Shown one piece after another: positions 52,501 through 63,411 of a stretch of DNA of 64,000 bases; the stretch's first letter is position 1; each line of letters begins with the position of its first letter. Both the position numbers and the translations under genes were made by a program. The DNA comes from Macrostomum lignano (Eukaryota): assembly GCA_002269645.1 (NCBI GenBank), contig NIVC01000573.1, positions 248,001-312,000 of the forward strand. The letters run 5' to 3'. Below the pieces are notes generated by a model. It was given only the letters and a program-made list of their open reading frames with translations, was not told the origin of the DNA and did not search any database.

Positions 52501-53163
52501 TGAGGTTTGGGGATTCTGCAAAGCTTTTCTGGGATTATTTTGTTCTCCAATCTAAATTTTCATGCTCCAAGTTCTCATTTAAACACTCGTTCTCCTAATC
52601 CAAATTCCATTCTTAAAAAACACCGCTAATCCAGATCCCAGTCTTATAAACACGGCTAATCCAAATCCCGGTCTTATAAACACGGCTAATCCAAATCAAA
52701 ATTTATAACCACCGCTGATCCAAATCCAAATTTACAGACACCACTAATCCAAATCTTAATTCACCTCCCCAAATCCAAACTCTAGTCAGGCTAGTTCTCA
52801 TCGATAATCCCTAATCCACAGGGCAAGGTGAACAAAGCCTTCCACGGCATCGTGGACCTGGACCCGGGCTCCCTGCCCCTGACCTACCTGGAGATGTCCG
52901 CCGGCGACACAGTGCTGTTCCACCCCCTGCTGATCCACGGCAGCGGCGCGAACCGGACTGAGGGCTACCGGAAGGCCATCTCCTGCCACTACGCCTCCGC
53001 GCACGTGGAATACATCGACGTCACTGGCACCCATCAGCAGAAGATCGCCGATGAGGTTGACGAAATCGTCCGCCAGCGTCTTGGCCCCGACGCCAAGCTG
53101 TCCTACGAGGACGTCTGGCGGCTGCGGGCTCGCCACGTGCGCGGCCGGGAGGCCAAGCTGTGA
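46586..53163 (+). CDS. PHYH: Phytanoyl-CoA dioxygenase. Exons 46586 (or 46574)-46716, 51344-51509, 52233-52499, 52822-53163
   Basis: [14 protein letters not shown]; [19 protein letters not shown]; [38 protein letters not shown]; [11 protein letters not shown]; KVNKAFHGI; [32 protein letters not shown]. The Fe-binding HxD...H triad is intact and junction phases (2, 0, 0) are consistent. Confidence 0.95.
46963..47676. repeat. About 22-bp minisatellite (GATACTCATCTTGGCGCCCCCC)n, left part, PHYH intron 1
   Basis: Same unit as 50581-51260; the two parts are separated by the EnSpm element. Confidence 0.9.
47677..50580 (+). mobile_element. Defective EnSpm/CACTA (CMC) DNA transposon, 2.9 kb, with TIRs, a 2-bp TSD, subterminal repeats and a transposase pseudogene
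   Basis: Left end CCCAGTGTCC (47677) and right end GGACACTGGG (50571-50580), with TT on both flanks. Transposase remnants GCNYC (about 49475), [17 protein letters not shown] (about 49640), and PNEFQ*RPR...FKATEFR...LLYLGP (about 49795-49890). About 136-bp direct repeat at 50229 and 50399. Confidence 0.85.
50581..51260. repeat. 21-22-bp minisatellite (GATACTCATCTTGGCGCCCCA)n, right part
   Basis: About 31 units seen directly. Confidence 0.92.
51545..52225. repeat. 22-23-bp minisatellite (CTCCCTGAAGAATCCATATCTG)n filling PHYH intron 2 up to the acceptor
   Basis: About 30 units; the last unit merges into ccgctcccgccag|GTG at 52233. Confidence 0.93.
52590..52820. repeat. Degenerate about 30-bp repeat with a CTAATCCAAATCC core in PHYH intron 3
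   Basis: About 7 units, ending in ccctaatccacag| at the acceptor. Confidence 0.75.
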
Positions 53164-53184
53164 CCTTCGATGACTTCAGCGGCG

Positions 53185-53880
53185 CGACCTTGATTGACCT
53201 GTGACCTTTGTCATCATTGACCTAATGGTGACCTTGATTGACCTGAGACCTTTGTCATCATTGACCTAATGGTAATTGATTGACCTGAGACCTTTGTCAT
53301 CATTGACCTAATGGTGACCTTGATTGACCTGAGACCTTTGTCATCATTGACCTAATGGTGACCTTGATTGACCTGAGACCTTTGTCATCATTGACCTAAT
53401 GGTGACCTTGATTGACTTGAGACCTTTGTCATCATTGACCTAATGGTGACCTTTTCATTTGACCTCATGGAGACCTTGATTGACCTGAGACCTTTGTCAT
53501 CATTGACCTAATGGTGACCTTGTCATTTGACCTCATGGTGACCTTGATTGACCTGAGACCTTTGTCATCATTGACCTAATGGTGACCTTTTCATTTGACC
53601 TCATGGTGACCTTGATTGACCTGAGACCTTTGTCATCATTGACCTAATGGTGACCTTGTCATTTGACCTCATGGTGACCTTGATTGACCTGAGACCTTTG
53701 TCATCATTGACCTAATGGTGACCTTGTCATTTGACCTCATGGTGACCTTGATTGACCTGAGACCTTTGTCATCATTGACCTAATGGTGACCTTAATTGAC
53801 CTGAGACCTTTGTCATCATTGACCTAATAGTGACCTTAATTGACCTGAGACCTTTGTCATCATTGACCTAATTGAGACCT
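53185..53880. repeat. 44-bp (with 66-bp variant) minisatellite rich in TGACCT, starting about 20 nt after the PHYH stop codon
   Basis: Unit GGTGACCTTGATTGACCTGAGACCTTTGTCATCATTGACCTAAT. Confidence 0.93.
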
Positions 53881-54559
53881 TAATAAACCTATTTGTGAAT
53901 TGATGTGAATTGAGACACCAGTTCATCTAATTGGAATCGTTAGACCCCCGAGACTATCCAGTTAAAACCATCTAGAGTCTAAATCAGTAATTGACTCAGT
54001 AATTGACATAAATTATTCTCTACTGAGTCTACAGTGTGCTAGCTATATAGGTGAAGCCAGTATTTGCCATTTCAATTCGATGCTGAAAATTAATTTGATA
54101 ATTTGGCACTAATTTACTCGTACTGCTACTTGTAGTAGAGCAGCAACGCCTTTGCTTTAATTGTTAATTTTAATGATTTCCTGTGCAGATTTGAAATAAA
54201 TTTTTGTGTTTATTTTCGGCGGCCAGTTCTTCTGATTGGCACTGGCGCTTATCGAATGCTGCATAACATTTAACCCGCTGCTAGTCTGGACAGCCACTTT
54301 CTCATTTCTGTTGCCGAATTTATTCCTCACCATGGGGCCATGCAGTTTCAGGCTTCATCAAGCAAGATTGACGGCTTGAAGATGGTTTCCACCAAGAGGT
54401 TAAATGTTTGGCTTGAACGGGGGGGGACAGTGGGGCCATGGCCCCCGCCCCCCACTTTTTAAATACAAAATGTAGACTTTTTCCTTATTTTTTACTCTTA
54501 TTTTTTATTTTTGCTGCTCTGCGTCAATGCATTTTGCTGCAGGGTGACAAAACGTAACG

Positions 54560-56190
54560 TCTGTGGCGCTAAAATGGGTGCCTGCGACGCTAAAATGAGT
54601 GCCTGCGACGCTAAAATGAGTGCCTGCGGCGCTAAAATGAGTGCCTGCGGCGCTAAAATGAGTGCCTGCGACGCTAAAATGAGTGCCTGCGACGCTAAAA
54701 TGAGTGCCTGCGGCGCTAAAATGAGTGCCTGCGGCGCTAAAATGGGTGCCTGCGGCGCTAAAATGGGTGCCTGCGGCGCTAAAATGGGTGCCTGCGGCGC
54801 TACAAATGAGTGCCTGCGGCGCTAAAATGGGTGCCTGCGGCGCTAAAATGAGTGCCTGCGGCGCTAAAATGAGTGCCTGCGGCGCTACAAATGAGTGCCT
54901 GCGGCGCTAAAATGGGTGCCTGCGGCGCTAAAATGGGTGCCTGCGGCGCTAAAATGAGTGGCTGCGGCGCTAAAATGGGTGCCTGCGGCGCTAAAATGAG
55001 TGCCTGCGGCGCTAAAATGAGTGCCTGCGGCGCTAAAATGGGTGCCTGCGGCGCTAAAATGAGTGCCTGCGGCGCTAAAATGAGTGCCTGCGGCGCTACA
55101 AATGAGTGCCTGCGGCGCTAAAATGGGTGCCTGCGGCGCTAAAATGAGTGCCTGCGGCGCTAAAATGGGTGCCTGCGGCGCTAAAATGGGTGCCTGCGGC
55201 GCTAAAATGAGTGCCTGCGGCGCTAAAATGAGTGGCTGCGGCGCTAAAATGAGTGCCTGCGGCGCTAAAATGAGTGGCTGCGGCGCTAAAATGGGTGCCT
55301 GTGGCGCTACAAATGAGTGCCTGCGGCGCTAAAATGGGTGTCTGCGACGCTAAAATGGGTTCCTGCGGCGCTAAAATGAGTGCCTGCGGCGCTAAAATGA
55401 GTGGCTGCGGCGCTAAAATGGGTGCCTGTGGCGCTACAAATGAGTGCCTGCGGCGCTAAAATGGGTGTCTGCGACGCTAAAATGGGTTCCTGCGGCGCTA
55501 AAATGAGTGCCTGCGGCGCTAAAATGAGTGCCTGCGGCGCTAAAATGAGTGCCTGCGGCGCTAAAATGAGTGCCTGCGGCGCTACAAATGAGTGCCTGCG
55601 GCGCTAAAATGGGTGCCTGCGGCGCTAAAATGTAGCCTGCGGCGCCAAAATGGGTGCCTGCGGCGCTAAAATGGGTGCGCTAAAATGGGTGCCTGCGGCG
55701 CTAAAATGTAGCCTGCGGCGCCAAAATGGGTGCCTGCGGCGCTAAAATGGGTGCGCTAAAATGAGTGCCTGCGGCGCTAAAATGAGTGCCTGCGGCGCTA
55801 AAATGGGTGCCTGCGGCGCTAAAATGAGTGCCTGCGGCGCTAAAATGAGTGCCTGCGGCGCTACAAATGAGTGCCTGCGGCGCTAAAATGGGTGCCTGCG
55901 GCGCTAAAATGAGTGCCTGCGGCGCTAAAATGGGTGCCTGCGGCGCTAAAATGGGTGCCTGCGGCGCTAAAATGAGTGCCTGCGGCGCTAAAATGAGTGG
56001 CTGCGGCGCTAAAATGAGTGCCTGCGGCGCTAAAATGAGTGGCTGCGGCGCTAAAATGGGTGCCTGTGGCGCTACAAATGAGTGCCTGCGGCGCTAAAAT
56101 GGGTGTCTGCGACGCTAAAATGGGTTCCTGCGGCGCTAAAATGAGTGCCTGCGGCGCTAAAATGAGTGCCTGCGGCGCTAAAATGAGTGC
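54560..56190. repeat. 21-bp minisatellite (GCCTGCGGCGCTAAAATGAGT)n, possibly inside a MITE-like element spanning about 54415-56312
   Basis: About 75 units. Flanks GAACGGGGGGGG..GGGGCCATGGCCCCC..CCCCCACTTTTT on the left and CCCCCACTTTTTGAAACGTTCCTACGCCTATG on the right look like element termini. Confidence 0.9.
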
Positions 56191-57943
56191 TGACAACACC
56201 GATTCTAAAAATAATCGGTACATGATAATGTGCATTTTCCATATAAATGCGTACACCCTGTACGCCCCCTCCCCCTATATCCCCCACTTTTTGAAACGTT
56301 CCTACGCCTATGTGGCAAGCAGAGGGCGCTGGGAGACTCAAGTTGACTGCTATCTCAGGTACTCGTAGCTATGACCATTTCCTGCCGAGAGAACTGAATT
56401 CGGCCATTGTGTCAATTCATTTATCCTCTCTGCCTGCTTTGAGAGCTGCTGTGGGAAACCCCGGCAATGGAAACTCACTCTGCCATCGATCAATAACAGC
56501 GGGACCGGCTGCTTTCTTATTTTATTTCTGCTATTGTTGGCAGAGAGAGAGCAAGCATAATGCATGTGGCAGCATAGCTATGAGAATAGTTGAGAGCTGA
56601 GCTGCTTGCTGCGTGTCACGTGCCTGAGCTCAAGGCTGCCGCGCTGTGTTTTTGTCAAACTGCTGTTTATTATATACACTGCAATGCAACGCTCTTCCGT
56701 ATGTAATGCGCGTTTGTACGTGTACGGGTGTTGACCTTTTTTAGTACATTTTTGCCATTTCGTATTTTTTTGCCAATTGCCTGCTTTGGAGTGGGACAAA
56801 TGGGACACCCAGCTCCTCTCCATCTTCTTGAGTCATTATTCGAGAGTTCCAGCTCAAATTTATCACGGAGAGCAACTATAAAAGTTCCAACATAAGGCTG
56901 AATTGACAAGGGAAATCCAGCATTTATCGCATTTAATTGCATTCATATTTATGCTATGGAATGCTCTAATTACATTTGGCCTTTAATTATGGACACATTC
57001 CTTCGTGAGAATTTCTCTCTCTAGGGACTGGCGGCACTGGCCGGTAAACAGCATGAGCGAGGCGCAACTCCAAATGACTTTCTTCTGACCTTCCAGTCAG
57101 CCAAGGGAGTGACAGGTCCCTGGATGGAGTGTAAATTGATATACGTGCAACAGTAGCTGAGGCGACCATCTTGAGCGATTTTCTCGAAACTGTTGCGTAA
57201 CGCATGCTCTTACAGAATACGGCTGGTACTGCCTGCCTGTCGCTCGTGTGCAGGCCCAAAAATCTTAGCAACTCCAATGCTCCAGCACAACTTGTATGGA
57301 CTGCGTTCCAGTTTCACTCAGTTCTGCAGCTCTTTCGAAGTGAACTGATTAAGTCTGATGTAAGCGAGTACGTGTAAACTTATGCCAACCTTGAGTGGGC
57401 AAGAAAGACCCTCTGCCCCAGTGAGCAGTGTCTTTCGACCAGCGTCTATCATCACCGGGCCAACCATTTCGATAGAGATTTTACCTGCGCTCTCAAAAGT
57501 GGCGATCACAGACGGAATCTTTTGTGATGGCGACTTTTCAATGTTGCTGAGCATACATGTGGAGCTCTTCTAGGATCTTACCAACAAATTAGGGGCTCAC
57601 GTTCTCCTTCACATTCATGCATATCTGGGGGAAGGGCAGTTGCAGTTCAGCTCTTCTATTTAGTTGCATGTGGCCTCGTCGGTTAGGGGTTGCATGACGT
57701 TTCCACCCCCAACGTGCTTCTTCTACCAGTCAACTACTTCATGCACGCTGCTCCTTCAACCATGTCTTAATGATCCGCGGCTGCACCTTGACCAAAGGCT
57801 GCAGCACACCGTTTCTGTCTAATTCAGGCAGCGTTTAAAGAGACCTGCACTGCATGGAGATGAAAAATTGAGCGGATTTGCTTAGCAACAACCTGAACTG
57901 GGCTGATCGAGACTCATTTTGCTGTTTACCAGCAAGACGCACC

Positions 57944-60877
57944 ATGGCTTCGTCTGCCGAATTACTCAACGGAACTCTACAGGAGCTGAAGACGCAGATC
58001 CGGGGAACCAACGAATCCCTGGACTCCTTCTTCTTGTGCACCATGGCCATTGTCGTGTACTTCATGCAGTGCGGCTTCGCCTTTCTGGAGGCGGGCGCCG
58101 TTCGTTCGAAAAATACTACAAACATCCTGATCAAGAACATCCTGGACTCGTTCATCGGCGGCATCGCCTATTACGTAATCGGCTACGGCCTGGCGTTCGG
58201 AGCTCCGAACGGAAACCCGTTCTGCGGCAGCGGCTACTTTGCCATGTCCTACCTGCCCGAATCGAAGTTCTCCCACTGGTTCTTCCAGTTCGTCTTTGCC
58301 GCCACTGCTTCAACAATTGTTTCTGGGGCCGTAGCAGAGAGGTGTGACTTCAAGGCCTACATAGCCTACTCCTTTGTTATCACAGGTGAGTAACAGAGAG
58401 ATTTTTCACAAACGAGTGAGTAGCCCACGACAAAGTTAATTAAGGAAACTAACTTTCACTTGACGCATCAAACTGCAGGCTTTCTCTACCCCATTGTGTC
58501 GCACTGGGTCTGGGACACAGGCGTTGGCTGGCTGTCGGTCAGCATCACCGCCCACAACGGCGCTCTGGCCTCCACTTTTCACGTGAGTGATCTGGCTTAA
58601 TTCTGCCGTTGGCCTACAGTTTGGGACAAAATCAAATTTCTGAGATTAGATCCTGACTGACAATCAGAGAAACAAATATCTGATAGAATCACTCCATCAT
58701 CTCCGAATGCTCACAGGATTTCGCCGGCTCCGGAGTCGTCCACGTCACCGGAGGCTGCGCAGCTTTCGTGGCGGCGGCCATCCTCGGCCCGCGAATCGGA
58801 CGCTTCGACGACGAAACCAAGAAGCCGCTCGATATCCGCGGCCACTCGGTGCCGCTCGCCTCTCTCGGCGGCTTCATCCTGTTCTTCGGCTTCTTCGCCT
58901 TCAACGGCGGCAGCCAGCTATCGATCTCGAATTCAAGCGACGGCTCTGTCGTGGCCATCGCGATGGTCAACACGATCCTCAGCGGCAGCGTCGCTGCCTT
59001 TGTCACCCTGCTGCTCGGGCGCATCCGCGGACCGCACTGGTCGCTGCTGCAGACAATCAACGGCGGCCTGGCCGGCATGGTGGCCATCTGCGCCGGCTGC
59101 GACGTCGTGTATCCGTGGGGCGCCTGCATCATCGGCTTCTTCGCCGCCATCTCCTACACCTGCTGGTCCATGCTGCTGCTGGCGCTCAAGATATCGACGA
59201 CCCGCTTGACGCGGTGGCCGTGCACTACGGCGGAGGTCTCTGGGGCGTCATCGCGGTAGCCTTCCTGCACCGCAGCCGGGGCATCGTGATGACCTTCGAC
59301 CAGCAGAGCGGACTCTTCCTGGCCGTGCAGCTCGTCGGCGTTCTGGCCATCACGGCGTGGAGCGGCGGCGTCTCCATCATCGTGTTCGGCATCCTTCGCC
59401 TGCTCAAGGTGTTCCGAGTCAGCAGGGAGTACGAGATCAAAGGTGAGAAGCTTAATATTGATTATGAAACTTTTTGGTTTTAATCAGTGTGATTCCGACC
59501 AAGACTAAGTCAAAGGACGGAGTTCGTTGAATATGGTTGATCTGTATTCCAATTTGGTTATAAAGACGATTTTTGGAGTTTTTCGATTGCCAGCTTTGTG
59601 GGATGTGAATGACTAAGTTTGCTTGTTTTGCTGGTGTTTTGGCAGACAGTTCCTATTATTTTCAATTTTATTAACCTCTACAGGTCTTGACTTTCCAAAG
59701 CATGGAGAAATGGCCTATCCTCTGACCTCGTACGGCCATGGTTGGAAAGAAGGTGAGTGAGCTTTCGGCTCCAGGTGCCATACCTGCATCTAATGTAAAT
59801 CGGCTTTAAACATAGCTCGTAGTTTTTAATATAGCTTTTTGCAGCCCATTTGGGCTTACGCGCATTGAATTTAACCCAAGATATGTTTGTCAAAGTAATG
59901 GAGCTTTTGTCTATGGTAGCAAGGCTGGCACAGCGGCATTTAATTTGGTCCAACAAGCATCAATTTGGTCCATTTAGTTCATTTGCAGCTCAGTCCCAGA
60001 ATTGTGGACCATATGCTAGGCTGTGGAACGAATGTCATTGGCTTGTGATCGAAGCACTCGACGGAGGTAAACACCCAAAGGACATTGCAAGGTTGCTGAA
60101 TGTAAAAGAAAAGGTGGTTTACAGCATCCAGCAGCGCCTTGAAACTCTGCCGGCAGAGATTGCCTGCGAAAGGGTGGCAATCGCCAAGGAAAGTTGCTCG
60201 AGAGCCTCAGGTCCAACTGCTACTCGATGCAGTGGAGACGAACCCTTTGTTGACGTTTCAGAAAATGCAGCAGAAGTTGAGGGAACAGCTCCAGTTGGTT
60301 ATCAGATTTCGACTATCAGCAGAGCTCTGGAAAAGTAACTGAAAATTGCTGGTAGAGACGCTGACATTCCAGCGGTGCGAACAACCTGCAGACGGTTGAG
60401 AGAAGGCAAGAGTTTGTCCAATGGCTCACGAGTGTTTGGACCAAATGGATGCTTTTTGGACCAAATTAAATGCCGCTGCGCCAGCCTTGCTACCATAGAC
60501 AAAAGCTCCGTTACATTGGCAAACGTATCTTGGATTAAATTAAATGCGCGTAAGCCCAAATGGGCTGCAAAATGCTATATTTGTCTTTTAATCCGTAGCT
60601 CGCATTGGTGACATTTGAAAATTTTCAATGCTGATCTAACGCATTGAAACGGCATAACTAGGCATAACTAAACTAACTGTAACTGATGGTACAAATCAGG
60701 GTTTAGCAAACAACTGATCCTATTGCCATCGTTTTAGACAATGTTGTGCCGGAGATCGGAGCCACAGAGATGCTGCCCGAGGTGCTCATCAACTACGACC
60801 GTTTCCATAACATGACTCGCCACCATCAGCTCAAAGGAACTCAAAACGACGCTGTGGAAGATGCTACTGCTATGTGA
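57944..60877 (+). CDS. amt: Ammonium transporter (Amt family), copy 1. Exons 57944-58385, 58479-58582, 58717-59442, 59684-59752, 60738-60877
   Basis: FMQCGFAFLEAGAVRSKNTTNILIKN; WFFQFVFAA..TIVSGAVAER; YPIVSHWVW; DFAGSGVVH; GPRIGRF; GFFAFNGGS; NGGLAGMVAICAG; IDDPLDAVAVH; GLDFPKHGEMAY. Twin His retained. Frameshift near 59188-59193 (AAGATATCGACGAC, an extra AT). Confidence 0.93.
59830..60579 (+). mobile_element. Non-autonomous Tc1/mariner-like element in Amt intron 4: about 140-bp TIRs, TA flanks, N-terminal HTH remnant
   Basis: 59832-59971 and 60438-60577 are imperfect inverted repeats, both flanked by TA. Internal frames give VIEALDGGKHPKDIARLLNVKEKVVYSIQQR and LLDAVETNPLLTFQKMQQKL...STISRAL (paired HTH-like). 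No DDE/D domain. Confidence 0.78.
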
Positions 60878-61404
60878 TTTCGAAAGCTCGACGATGAGTG
60901 AACCATTAACTCAGTGATAGTGAAAAATAGTAACAGGTCTTCTATTTTATTAGGATTTTATGCACCTACTCCGCCTGTAGCTTCAGAAGATAAAAGTGCG
61001 TGGACACTAAAAAGAAATCAGTCATGTCATGTCAATAACTAATTTACACTATCGGCAATCAATAAATTACTTACTATTTACTGCGAGTTCCACAATGCTG
61101 CTTGCGTTATACACGAACTAGTCTCAAACAAACTTTATTTTAACACCTGCATCTTACACATTTTACATCAAAGCTGCATCACCGCGAGAATGCCTGCAGG
61201 GTCCAGAGAAAACTGCAGATAATAAAGGGACTCTGCTTCCAAAAATGGGGCCTAAGAGAACCGACCCAGCTGGTCAATTCGTTTCTGAAAAATATAGTGG
61301 CTTTTTCAAGATGAGCAGAAAAATCTTACTATCTGCACATAGTTCTCGATAATTTTTGAATAGCAAAGCGGGATACTACGACCGTTCACCCGTTTTCCTT
61401 CGCT

Positions 61405-61745
61405 CGTGAGACATTTGCCCGCAGGATATTTGCCCACCGGACGTTCGTTCACCGGACGTTTGCCCCACCGAACGTTTGCCCACCGGAAGTTTGCCCCACC
61501 GAACGTTTGCCCACCGGAAGTTTGCTCACCGAAAGTTTGCTCACCGAACGTTTACCCAACGGACATTACCGAATGTTTGCCCACCGGAAGTTTGCCCCAC
61601 CAAACGTTTGCCCACCAGAAGTTTGCTCATTGGAAGTTTGCTCACCAGAAGTTTGTTCACCGAAAGTTTGCTCACCGGACGTTGCCCCCCGAAGTATACT
61701 CGATTTCCCGCTGGATATTTACACACCAGACGTTTGCCCGTCAGA
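61405..61745. repeat. Array of about 17-19-bp subrepeats (GAAGTTTGCCCACCG), typical of foldback-like transposon ends
   Basis: About 18 degenerate units; no matching inverted arm found in the window. Confidence 0.7.
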
Positions 61746-62969
61746 TTTTTTACCTCAATTAACTAATTACACTAGCCTACTCTTCACGTCTGTAATTATG
61801 AGAGAAAATATTGCTCGCGAAGACCCTACAACGCATGTCACTTGTGGCTTAAGTCAATTTAACGACCAGCTTACGAGCTACATGTTAGTAGCTGAAAATA
61901 CATCTAGGTATAGTAATGATGGTCTTTTATGTACACCCACAGAGTGTGTGTGTCCGTGAGTGTACATGCATCTATTAGATGTTGATGAGCTTGTTTTAAT
62001 TGCATCTGATCTTGATGCAAAGGGAATGAAAAATAACTCTATCACCAGTTACACAAAATGATAAATTTCCCATAACTAAATGAAACTTTTCAGCATCAAG
62101 TGAATGATCAGTTTTCTTTTGTTTTGTTAAAGCTACTTTGAATATTGCGTCTAACTTAGGTACTTGCACAAACACAAATTGCATCGAGAAATCAATCGAG
62201 CTGCTACAGTACACTCAGCAACATTGAGAACCGCCAACCCAGACGCAGTGCGCCTGAGTTAGGCTGGAAAACAGTGTCATTGCGTCAGCGTAGTGAGCTG
62301 AAGTTGCAATCGCTCTGTCAATGCTCCTAGGGTGGTGTTAGTATCCGCTGGACAAATCAGTCATCAAACGAGTACAAGCCTCACGGGAGGTAGTTATGCA
62401 AGGTGAAATCGAGAATCAGCTGTATAACTATTCTGAAGCGAGTAGGTAAGAAGCGATTTGCTACTCAAGCTACAAGCCACAAGGCACAAGTACTAAATTG
62501 AGCTCCACCCTTAGCTATAGTCGAGACCCTCCATCCATCGGGCTGAGAGTTGGAGCTGTCGGTCTACGTAACAAAATTCATAACTACGAGCTATTTTATT
62601 TGTTAAACTTTCTCCTTAATTGGTGAGTCGGCGGCTTGATAATTACAGGGTTTCTCAGATCGTTAATAATTAATCGGAGGTGGGAGATGGGGGTTTTGTG
62701 TGCGCAGTCAACTCACTGCACGCGGCTTTATTTCGACCAGACCTCGTGCTTGCGTCTGCATGCACTGAACAGCCTACCCCCTCACTTCACCCTCCTCTCT
62801 CGTATGAGCCGCATGGGCTTCTTGACCAATGGCTGCAGCGTTTGTCTATTTAAAAAAACGTACTTGCTTCGACAATTCAATAGTCTGAAAAGCACAGTAG
62901 AAGGGCGAGTTGCAACCTGAACTGGGCTGATCGAGACTCTCATTTTGCTGTTTACCAGCAAGACGCACC

Positions 62970-63411
62970 ATGGCTTCGTCTGCCGAATTACTCAACGGAA
63001 CTCTACAGGAGCTGAAGACGCAGATCCGGGGAACCAACGAATCCCTGGACTCCTTCTTCTTGTGCACCATGGCCATTGTCGTGTACTTCATGCAGTGCGG
63101 CTTCGCCTTTCTGGAGGCGGGCGCCGTTCGTTCGAAAAATACTACAAACATCCTGATCAAAAACATCCTGGACTCGTTCATCGGCGGCATCGCCTATTAC
63201 GTAATCGGTTACGGCCTGGCGTTCGGAGCTCCGAACGGAAACCCGTTCTGCGGCAGCGGCTACTTTGCCATGTCCTACCTGCCCGAATCGAAGTTCTCCC
63301 ACTGGTTCTTCCAGTTCGTCTTTGCCGCCACTGCCGCTACGATCGTTTCCGGTGCTGTGGCAGAGAGGTGCGAGTTCCTGGCTTACATCACCTACTCCTT
63401 CATCATTACGG
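62970..63411 (+). CDS. amt: Ammonium transporter, copy 2, exon 1 only (the rest would lie beyond the window)
   Basis: 442-nt exon, same length and phase-1 donor (G|gtgagc) as copy 1; near-identical protein start MASSAELLNGTLQELK. Confidence 0.9.

Noticed and set aside
45613-56368. Repetitive ORFs (PHLPL, ILILAPP, DSSGS, MSACGAK) around PHYH
   Set aside because: They coincide exactly with non-coding tandem arrays.
56670-57573. Cluster of short minus-strand ORFs upstream of Amt copy 1
   Set aside because: No recognisable motif in any frame; may be a decayed element but I cannot support a call.
59185-59195. Programmed ribosomal frameshift in Amt copy 1
   Set aside because: No slippery heptamer or evident downstream structure; an assembly indel or mutation is simpler.
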